Shown here piece by piece: positions 26,009 to 32,000 of a stretch of DNA of 32,000 bases. How positions within the stretch are numbered: position 1 is the stretch's first letter; each line of letters opens with the position of its first letter. The notes beneath the pieces were generated by a model, which saw only the letters and a list, made by a program, of their open reading frames with translations, did no database searches and was not told where the DNA came from. Source of the DNA: Gemmata obscuriglobus. Lineage in GTDB: Bacteria > Planctomycetota > Planctomycetia > Gemmatales > Gemmataceae. The position numbers and the translations under genes are program-made. The stretch spans positions 2,640,001-2,672,000 of the forward strand of contig NZ_CP042911.1 of the NCBI RefSeq assembly GCF_008065095.1, read 5' to 3'.

Positions 26009-26250
26009 CGCCCCTCCCGCAAATCGCGGAGGATGTCTTCGAGCGGCCGGCCGGGGCCGGTCTGATCGAACGCTTCCCTCAACTCTTCTTCCGTAAACGG
26101 CTCCTCAATCGGGATGCCCATCAGCCGGTCCAGCGCGGCCGGCGACAGCGCGTAAGCGATGACCGCCCCGGACTCGTCGCACAGTTGCACCGGTTGGCCC
26201 AGCCCGCTCAGTTTGGCCCGCGTCGCGGCGTCGAGAATCACCTTGCTCAT
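26005..26250 (-). CDS. putative antitoxin (81 aa)
   Basis: Its stop overlaps the toxin start by 4 bp (ATGA). It is small and acidic. MSKVILDAATRAKLSGLGQPVQLCDESGAVIAYALSP... resembles small antitoxin-like proteins found upstream of toxins in cyanobacteria and planctomycetes (from memory). Confidence 0.5.
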   Translation of the reverse strand: MSKVILDAATRAKLSGLGQPVQLCDESGAVIAYALSPAALDRLMGIPIEEPFTEEELREAFDQTGPGRPLEDILRDLREGR

Positions 26251-26743
26251 GTGTCACCTCCTCCACGCATGATACCACCCGCGGCGGGTCAACAGAACGG
26301 GGACCGAAGCCCCGTCGCGAACCGCGCCACGCCTTCAGCGCGTCGTCGTGCCGGCCCCAGCTCGGCGGTAGGTCGGCCCTCCGGCAGTTCGCCAGCGCCG
26401 TCTTCGCGCCGGCGAGGCGGTGAAGATCGCTTTCAGGTTCGGCACAGTCGAGCCCCTGGGTGAACGGCAGAGCAGAAGTGCGGGCGCGCGCAACTGACGA
26501 GCCCAGTGTGTGGGAAGGGGTCGCCCGGATGGAATCGCGAGCGGTGCGACGAGTGCGGCGCCGGCGGAACGAGACGGGCGAACGCGCACGCGGTCAGTGG
26601 ACCGAAAAGGGACAAGGGTCTTGAGCACGGGAGACGTGCGGGGGTACACTTCGGGCGTGTTGGCCCGAGAGAACGCGCTGGCTCACGAAAGTCGGATGCA
26701 AAGGTCACCGGGCGCAGCATCGGAATGACGTTCGCGCGAACCG

Positions 26744-26809
26744 TTACCGTGTTATTGTGCGAGCCGTGAAGGGTAGGGCTCAGTTTCGCACGGCCCATTA
26801 CCGTGTTAT
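26744..26809 (+). repeat. 12-bp perfect direct repeat TTACCGTGTTAT (26744-26755 and 26798-26809) in the ORF-less leader region
   Basis: Exact duplication 54 bp apart. A related CCGTGTTATTG occurs inside repeat B2 at 29549-29559. Confidence 0.6.
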
Positions 26810-26882
26810 GTCGCATATTGTGGAGATATGCCGTCACATGGTAACATAAGGCCGTTGAGTCGTTCGGTTCCTGACTCGCGGT

Positions 26883-26942
26883 GCGCCGGGCGAAATTGCC
26901 GCACTAGTGCACGAATCATCGCACATTAAACACCGGTTCGGC
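26883..26942 (+). repeat. B-type repeat B1 (ends in GGTTCGGC), upstream of the first cassette ORF
   Basis: GCGCCGGGCGAAATTGCC...CGAATCATCGCACATTAAACACCGGTTCGGC is homologous to 29531-29592. Confidence 0.6.
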
Positions 26943-26967
26943 ACCAGAAGGACGCAAACGGCGGGCG

Positions 26968-27498
26968 ATGACCAAGGATGAATGGCTGTCCTGCACCGAC
27001 GCGATGGCGATGTTGCAGTTCCTTCGTGACCAGCCGGTCTGTCGGCCGAGCTCTCGGCAACTTCGGTTGCTCGCTTGTGCTTGCTGCCGCCACGGATGGG
27101 ATCTTCTGACCGACCAACGAAGTCGCAACGCCGTGGAGATCGGAGAACGGTACGCCGACGGCCGCGCCTCGGACCGGAAACGCAGGAGTGCGTATCGGGC
27201 GGCCTCGGATGCCGCCAGAGCGATGCTTGGCGACATCGAACGTGCGGAGCAGGCCACCGGAACGTACGACACCGATGAGTTGGATGCCGCGGGAGCTGCA
27301 CTTACAACGGTTCTCACGAACCACCAACTGCGGTTGTTCGGTAGGCTGGCGAACTGGGACAAGGTGGTCTATCTCGCCCGCTACCGTGTCGGGCGCAAAC
27401 TCTGGGAGGACCTCCCGTCGGCCGAGGACGTGGCACCGCGACTGGTGCGGGACATCCTCGGCGGCCCTTTCGGCCCGGTTGCGGGCTCCCCCGTTTAG
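26968..27498 (+). CDS. hypothetical protein resembling the module that normally follows TIGR02996 domains ('headless' copy)
   Basis: 176-aa ORF containing W..CTDAMAMLQFL...RQLRLLACACCRHGWDLLTDQRSRNAVEIGERYADG...RDILGGPFGPV. I recognise this from memory as a Gemmata/myxobacterial paralog family. It ends 17 nt before repeat A1. Confidence 0.6.
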   Translation: MTKDEWLSCTDAMAMLQFLRDQPVCRPSSRQLRLLACACCRHGWDLLTDQRSRNAVEIGERYADGRASDRKRRSAYRAASDAARAMLGDIERAEQATGTYDTDELDAAGAALTTVLTNHQLRLFGRLANWDKVVYLARYRVGRKLWEDLPSAEDVAPRLVRDILGGPFGPVAGSPV

Positions 27499-27515
27499 CT
27501 CGTCGCGAGGGGGCC

Positions 27516-27605
27516 GCCGAGCCCGGCGTTGCACCTGACAACGCCATGTAGTTTGGACGGCATCGCGCCCTTGGAGGGACGGTGCAGGCGATCTGTACGT
27601 TCGGC
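27516..27605 (+). repeat. attC-like repeat A1 (most degenerate copy)
   Basis: GCCGAGC-CCGGC-GTTGCACCTGACAACGCC...GGACGGTGCAGGCG-ATCTGTAC-GTTCGGC. Confidence 0.6.
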
Positions 27606-27623
27606 CACCCGAGGACATCACGG

Positions 27624-28025
27624 ATGGAATCGCAAGAGCCGCGTGTTTCCTCTGACCCGTTCCAGGGTCAGCCCGCGCAGTGCCCGTGCTGCGGTGCGCC
27701 GTTCCCAGCGGCCGGCACCGATGTCGGTGAGTGGGTGGCCAGTTATGTGGCCGGTTTCGAACCCGATCAGATGAGGGTAGTCAGTAACACGTTGTTCCGG
27801 GGCAGATGCTCGGAATGCGGTACGGCTCTGTGTGCCCCGGGGACGGGAAAGCACACTTTGGGACGAGTGCGAGCCGGCCACGGTTGTTTGGTTTCGCGAC
27901 CGGCAAGCAGAAGTGACGCACCGCGTACCGGCCCCGCCCGCGCATTGGCCGCGTCGGGCACAGGTTCAGTAACATCGACACCGGCGCGCCGATCTTTCCG
28001 GAATGGCCGAGTTCAATCGCGATGA
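27624..28025 (+). CDS. small zinc-ribbon protein (CPCC...CSEC); C-terminal half doubtful
   Basis: ATG at 27624, 18 nt after the GTTCGGC of A1. The first ~75 aa look protein-like (two CxxC pairs). The rest is Arg/Ser/Ala-rich. Confidence 0.4.
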   Translation: MESQEPRVSSDPFQGQPAQCPCCGAPFPAAGTDVGEWVASYVAGFEPDQMRVVSNTLFRGRCSECGTALCAPGTGKHTLGRVRAGHGCLVSRPASRSDAPRTGPARALAASGTGSVTSTPARRSFRNGRVQSR

Positions 28026-28038
28026 GGCGAAACAAGAG

Positions 28039-28129
28039 GCCGAACCCGGCGCGGCACCTGACACCGCCCGCTGACTTGGATGGCATCGCTCACGGTATGA
28101 TGGCGGTGCCGGTGAACTGGATGTTCGTC
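28039..28129 (+). repeat. attC-like repeat A2
   Basis: GCCGAAC-CCGGC-GCGGCACCTGACACCGCC-33 nt-GGCGGTGCCGGTGAAC-TGGAT-GTTCGTC. Confidence 0.65.
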
Positions 28130-28142
28130 AACCCGAGGCCCC

Positions 28143-28580
28143 ATGCGTCGGAAGCGCTGGCTTGCACTCACCGTCGCGGCGCTCGGCCTCGTCGCATTGG
28201 CCGGTTGGGCGTACTGCCGTCCGCCTGCCGTCAACGCCCTCGACGCCACCGCGATCCGCTCCGTCGAAGTGCACATGTACCCGTGGGGCCACGAGGCCAC
28301 TGCACCGCCCGGAACAACGTCTACCGACTCTGCCGCGATTGAGGAGTTGGTAAGCGTGCTCCGCGCTGGCACCGAGGCCCAGTTTCACAAGTGCGGGTCG
28401 CGCGGGGGGCTCATCGTGCGGCGGTTGTTCGGTCGCCCGCTGTTGGTCGAGTTCCTACCCGGACACTCTGCCGAGTGGTACGAGTTCCATTACGACGGCA
28501 AGCCGTACCGAGTTCCACGGGCGGCGTTCGTGAACGCGATGCGGCGGTTCGGGGTCGCGGTTCCACTGGAGTGCCCGTAG
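28143..28580 (+). CDS. membrane-anchored or secreted hypothetical protein (145 aa)
   Basis: ATG lies 13 nt after A2. The N-terminal anchor is MRRKRWLALTVAALGLVALAGWAY. The stop is 1 nt before A3. Confidence 0.6.
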   Translation: MRRKRWLALTVAALGLVALAGWAYCRPPAVNALDATAIRSVEVHMYPWGHEATAPPGTTSTDSAAIEELVSVLRAGTEAQFHKCGSRGGLIVRRLFGRPLLVEFLPGHSAEWYEFHYDGKPYRVPRAAFVNAMRRFGVAVPLECP

Positions 28581-28581
28581 A

Positions 28582-28671
28582 GCCGAAACCGGCGCTGCAC
28601 CGGACACCGCCACCGGCCACCGTTGTGGTGCTCACTGCATCACGGCGGTGCAGGTGAGCTGTCAGTTCGGC
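28582..28671 (+). repeat. attC-like repeat A3
   Basis: GCCGAAA-CCGGC-GCT-G-CACCGG-A-CACCGCC-32 nt-GGCGGTG-CAGGTG-AGC-TGTCA-GTTCGGC. Confidence 0.7.
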
Positions 28672-28701
28672 GACAAGCTTCTTTCCAGGAGTCGCTTTCC
28701 C

Positions 28702-29316
28702 GTGTTGCGGTTGCTGGGACTCGGCTTGGGGTGGATCGCGCTCGGCGCGGCCGTCTCTCTCCTCCTACTGGGATTCACGGTCGGTGCGTTCGCCGTAGTG
28801 GTCTTGTCCGCCCCCGTGCTCGGCGAGGAGTACGGAACCGCGGTTGGACTTTCCCTGCTCTGCGTCGGCCTGCCGATCTCGTTCGTGCTCGCGGTGGCCA
28901 CCCACGAATTGGGGCACGTGTTCGCGGGCGCGTGCGCGGGGTTCCGCCCCCAGTTCGCCCATATCGGGCCGATCACCTTCACCCGGCGGGCGGGGCGCTG
29001 GAGGCTCGGGTGGGACGGGCGGCAGTCCTGGCTGGGCGGTCGGGCCGTCTGCGCCCGCCGGCCGGGGAGCCGGGCTCGCGTTGCGGCCTTCCTCTTGGCT
29101 GGGCCGTCGGCCAACTTGGTGACGGGTGTGGCCGCGGCCGTGTGGTTCGCCGACGCCGGATCGCCCGCGCTGCCGCGCTGCTGGGCGGGGCTATTCGCCG
29201 TTCAGTCCCTGTTCTTCAGTGTCGTAAACCTCGTGCCGGTGAGGTACCGGCGGCTCGACTCAGACGGACTTGCCCTCTGCCGGCTGTTCGCCGGTTGTGG
29301 GCTGAAGGGCGAGTAA
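28702..29316 (+). CDS. small membrane metalloprotease, M50/site-2-protease-like
   Basis: GTG at 28702 lies 10 nt after AGGAG (28687-28691). There are about 5 TM segments. HELGH sits in a TM helix, and NLVPVRYRRLDSDG resembles the NxxPxxxLDG second motif of S2P proteases. Confidence 0.55.
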   Translation: MLRLLGLGLGWIALGAAVSLLLLGFTVGAFAVVVLSAPVLGEEYGTAVGLSLLCVGLPISFVLAVATHELGHVFAGACAGFRPQFAHIGPITFTRRAGRWRLGWDGRQSWLGGRAVCARRPGSRARVAAFLLAGPSANLVTGVAAAVWFADAGSPALPRCWAGLFAVQSLFFSVVNLVPVRYRRLDSDGLALCRLFAGCGLKGE

Positions 29317-29323
29317 CAACCGA

Positions 29324-29431
29324 GCCGAACCCCGCGCGGCACCGGCCACGGCCATGCCACAATCTGACACCCGCGCGCGGACCCATGAGGCGCGGTCCTT
29401 GTTGACCGGGTGCCGGCGCTCGTTGTTCAGC
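29324..29431 (+). repeat. attC-like repeat A4 (divergent, 108 bp)
   Basis: GCCGAAC-CCCGC-GCG... ...CGC-TCGTT-GTTCAGC. The outer boxes, 5-nt spacers and 3-bp inner box are conserved, but the inner stem differs. Confidence 0.5.
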
Positions 29432-29530
29432 AACAGGGCCTGGTTGCCGCTTGGCGCCTCGGCCGCGTGCTGGTCTAATCGCATTTGAGCTGCCGTAGTA
29501 AGAGCACCGAGTCCAGCCCGAGCGCGTGGC

Positions 29531-29592
29531 GCGCCGGGCGAAATGGCCCCGTGTTATTGCGCGAAGCCTCGCACACTAAACACAGGTTCGGC
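29531..29592 (+). repeat. B-type repeat B2
   Basis: GCGCCGGGCGAAATGGCCCCGTGTTATTGCGCGAAGCCTCGCACACTAAACACAGGTTCGGC is homologous to B1. Confidence 0.6.
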
Positions 29593-29653
29593 GGCAGAAA
29601 CCGAGGCCGTGAATGGTCCATTTCGCATAGCCCTTGTGGGAGGGTTGATCCCC

Positions 29654-30037
29654 ATGCCTCGGCCCCTGTTGGCATTCGTTGTTTTCTCGCTGTCCGCCTC
29701 GCCGGGCATGGCCAGCGACTTGAAGGCTGTCATCTACGAGGTTCAGTCCGTCACTGTCCCCAGCGGGAAGCACGCCGGTGCAGACGGATTTCTCCTCCGC
29801 GCTGAACCCCAAGAGGGAGAGAAGGACGGCAGGACCGTCACCGTGCCTGACCTGAAGAGCGTCCGGCTCACCATCAATGGTAAAGCGGCTACACGGGCTG
29901 AGGTCATCGGGTGGGTGTCCGATCAGAGGTATCCGCGCGTCGAGGTGACGACCGATCCTCAAAAGAATGATGCGCCAGTTCAGCTCCGCTTCTACGGCTG
30001 CCCGCCGGAGTCGCGGGGGAAGAAGTCCGACAAGTGA
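29654..30037 (+). CDS. secreted hypothetical protein (127 aa)
   Basis: ATG at 29654 follows GGGAGGG (29638-29644). The signal peptide is MPRPLLAFVVFSLSASPGMA. Confidence 0.6.
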   Translation: MPRPLLAFVVFSLSASPGMASDLKAVIYEVQSVTVPSGKHAGADGFLLRAEPQEGEKDGRTVTVPDLKSVRLTINGKAATRAEVIGWVSDQRYPRVEVTTDPQKNDAPVQLRFYGCPPESRGKKSDK

Positions 30038-30066
30038 CGCGGTGGCGGGGTGGGTCGCAAAGGCAC

Positions 30067-30157
30067 GCCGAACCCGGCGCTGCACCTGACACCGCCATCG
30101 GATCTGCGTTATGATGCTCACTCGATCCTGGCGGTGCAGGTGAGCTATTCGTTCGGC
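30067..30157 (+). repeat. attC-like repeat A5 (best-folding copy)
   Basis: GCCGAAC-CCGGC-GCT-G-CACCTG-A-CACCGCC-33 nt-GGCGGTG-CAGGTG-AGC-TATTC-GTTCGGC. Confidence 0.75.
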
Positions 30158-30174
30158 CACAGGAGGGCTCGGGG

Positions 30175-30639
30175 ATGTCGTGGTTCCCGGACATGGGAAC
30201 GGCTTGCATGATCGCCCACGGGGATCACGTCCGTGCGGTCGGCTGGCTGTCCGACCAGCACCCGTTCCCGACGGGCGACACACCGCCCGAGTTCCTGGCG
30301 CGGCTGAAGGAGTTCTGCCGGCGGTGGGACGAAGGGTTGGGGCCGCTGGTCTGGGATGTCTTCATGGGACCGCACCGCTGCGAGTTGTGCGGCCGGTGCG
30401 TGGCCAGTGGCAACATCGGGGTGCCGGCAGGGGGTGTGCTGTTCGCCGCCCCGGAGATGATCGCCCACTACGTCGAGGTTCACAAGTACGCCCCGCCGGC
30501 CGAGTTCGTAGCGGCCGTGCTGTCGGCGCCGCTGCCCGGCACCAGGGAGTACGCGGTGGCGGTGGCGGCGTTCCGAGCCGTCGCGCTCCAGCAACAACTC
30601 GGCGAGCTGTATCGGCCGGGTCAGCCACCGCGAGCGTAG
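30175..30639 (+). CDS. hypothetical protein (154 aa) with a CxxC motif
   Basis: ATG at 30175 follows AGGAGGG. Motifs are WLSDQHPFPTG...HRCELCG...PEMIAHYVEVHKYAPPAEF. It looks like a conserved family, but I cannot name it. Confidence 0.6.
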   Translation: MSWFPDMGTACMIAHGDHVRAVGWLSDQHPFPTGDTPPEFLARLKEFCRRWDEGLGPLVWDVFMGPHRCELCGRCVASGNIGVPAGGVLFAAPEMIAHYVEVHKYAPPAEFVAAVLSAPLPGTREYAVAVAAFRAVALQQQLGELYRPGQPPRA

Positions 30640-30648
30640 CAAAGGCCG

Positions 30649-30741
30649 GCCGAACCGGGCGCGGCACCTGACACCGCCGGCTGATATGCGACGTGCCGAT
30701 CGTCCGTGGTGGCGGTGCCGGTGAGCTATTGTTCGTTCGGC
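30649..30741 (+). repeat. attC-like repeat A6
   Basis: GCCGAAC-CGGGC-GCGGCACCTGACACCGCC-32 nt-GGCGGTGCCGGTGAGC-TATTGTTC-GTTCGGC. Confidence 0.7.
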
Positions 30742-30760
30742 AACCAATGGGGGGGGCACC

Positions 30761-31903
30761 ATGCGACACGGCCTACTTGCTCTGGCGCTTCTGTTCGCCC
30801 CGGTCGCGGCACGCGCGGACGAGAGCGAAGACGCTGCGGTCAAGGCTGTGGAAAAGGTCTATGGGAAAGTGCTTCGTGACGCCAACCAGGTCATCACAGG
30901 TGTCGATCTCTCTGCGGGAGCTGCCCAAGGGCACCGGGTGACGGACGAGGAGCTGAAGGAATTGCTGCCCCTCAAGAGCCTGACCTCCATCGACCTTTCC
31001 CACACGGGCGTGACAAACGCGGGACTGAAGGTGCTCGTAGCCTTCAAAAGCCTCACGACCTTATCTTTGCACGACACCGGGATCACGGACGCCGGTTTGA
31101 AGGAGCTGGCACCGCTCAAGAACCTCACCGCCTTCAACCTGTCCAACACGAAGGTAACGGACACCGGTCTGAAGGAACTAACAGCAATCAGGAATCTCAC
31201 CGCTCTTCACTTGCGAAAGACAGAGATCACGGACGCCGGCCTGAAGTCACTGCCACCCATGAAAGATCTCACCACCCTTGACCTGTCCGACACGAAGGTT
31301 ACGGACGCCGGTCTGAAGGCGCTGGCACCGCTCGAGCGGTTGACGAACCTCTACCTGTACAACACGGAGGTCACGGACACCGGATTGAAGGAACTGGCTC
31401 CGTCGAAGAACCTCGCCGTCCTGCTCCTGTACAACACGAAGGTCACAGACGCGGGGCTGAAGGAACTGGCTCCATTAAAGAGTCTCTCAGTCCTCGTCTT
31501 GGGCGAAACGGAGGTTACGGATGCGGGATTGAAGGAGCTGGCTCCACTCAAGAACCTCACGGCTCTCAACCTGTACGGCACGAAGGTTACGGACGCGGGG
31601 GTAAAGGAACTCGCGCCATTTCAGAACCTCACCCTACTCGACCTGAGCGGCACGAATGTTACAGACGCGGGAATTAAGGAACTGGCGCGATTCAAGAACC
31701 TCGCCCACCTCGAGCTGTCCTCCACAGCGGTAACGGATGTCGGCTTGAAGGAGCTGGCATCACTCAAGAAGCTCACCAAACTATTCCTGATTAGTACGAA
31801 GACCACATTCGCCGGAATTAAAGAGTTCCAAAAAGCCGCGCCCAAATGCGATGTCTGGAACACCCTGAGTCTTAAAGGCCAGCCCGCGCTTGGGAAGTGG
31901 TAA
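30761..31903 (+). CDS. secreted leucine-rich-repeat protein
   Basis: Signal peptide MRHGLLALALLFAPVAARA, followed by about 12 tandem 24-aa units of the type LKELAPLKNLTALNLSNTKVTDAG. Confidence 0.85.
   Translation: MRHGLLALALLFAPVAARADESEDAAVKAVEKVYGKVLRDANQVITGVDLSAGAAQGHRVTDEELKELLPLKSLTSIDLSHTGVTNAGLKVLVAFKSLTTLSLHDTGITDAGLKELAPLKNLTAFNLSNTKVTDTGLKELTAIRNLTALHLRKTEITDAGLKSLPPMKDLTTLDLSDTKVTDAGLKALAPLERLTNLYLYNTEVTDTGLKELAPSKNLAVLLLYNTKVTDAGLKELAPLKSLSVLVLGETEVTDAGLKELAPLKNLTALNLYGTKVTDAGVKELAPFQNLTLLDLSGTNVTDAGIKELARFKNLAHLELSSTAVTDVGLKELASLKKLTKLFLISTKTTFAGIKEFQKAAPKCDVWNTLSLKGQPALGKW
30926..31817 (+). repeat. tandem 72-bp coding repeats (LRR units)
   Basis: The DNA motif ...ACGGACGCCGGTCTGAAGGAACTGGCACCGCTCAAGAACCTCACC... 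recurs with a 72-bp period. Confidence 0.8.
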
Positions 31904-32000
31904 TGGCCCTACTGGCGGCACAGGTTATATCGGCGTGCGAAGTACCATAAGGCGCCCAAGTGGTTCCTGGGGCACTTGGAGAAGGTGAGTGTCTTCCGCA

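Noticed and set aside
26314-26443. Possible seventh (first) A-type repeat 'A0' ending in GTTCGGC at 26437-26443.
   Set aside because: Only the right arm resembles the family. The putative left arm (GCGAACCGCGCCACGCC) does not give the spacer/box geometry. I mention it under the leader-region finding instead.
27516-30741. CRISPR array as the explanation for the regularly spaced A repeats.
   Set aside because: The repeats are ~90-108 bp imperfect palindromes with diverged sequence. The 'spacers' are 0.45-0.65 kb and contain SD-preceded ORFs. No cas genes are present. None of this fits CRISPR.
1-32000. Scan for tRNA, rRNA or tmRNA genes (T-loop GGTTCGAATCC-type motifs, rRNA-conserved blocks).
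   Set aside because: I recognised no such motifs by eye anywhere in the window. A tRNAscan/Infernal run is needed to be certain.

Overview
This is a strongly GC-rich, GC3-biased bacterial chromosome segment. Its gene content looks like Planctomycetota, probably Gemmata-like: a DUF1501 plus DUF1549/DUF1553 pair, a TIGR02996-type domain, an LRR protein and Pro/Gly-rich tails. That assignment is inferred from motifs only; nothing was searched. The window has three parts. (1) 1-3915 and 8634-25247 are mostly ordinary genes: a BNR propeller protein, an RcnA-like metal efflux protein, a LON-N domain protein, a PAS hybrid histidine kinase, a TolC-like protein, acpS, uvrD/pcrA, YceI, the DUF1501 and DUF1549/1553 genes, tatD and nuoN. 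(2) 3930-8630 is a mobile-element junkyard. It holds two transposase remnants and an IS with about 70-100 bp terminal inverted repeats. A second IS4-like element sits inside that IS's right repeat, flanked by a 10-bp target duplication. A roughly 140-bp MITE-like deletion derivative of the first IS lies at 22588-22726. (3) 25250-32000 is an accessory region: a RelE/ParE-like toxin-antitoxin pair, then seven small co-oriented ORFs. Six homologous, co-oriented 90-108 bp imperfect palindromes (A1-A6) separate these ORFs. Each palindrome starts with GCCGAAC and ends with GTTCGGC. Each folds into a 7-bp outer box, a 5+5 nt unpaired spacer, and a stem carrying two single-base bulges on the same arm. 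This is the architecture of integron attC sites, so I read the region as an integron-type cassette array. No integrase is present in the window, so it would be CALIN-like or have intI off-window. That is the most interesting candidate here. I found no rRNA, tRNA or CRISPR array by eye.
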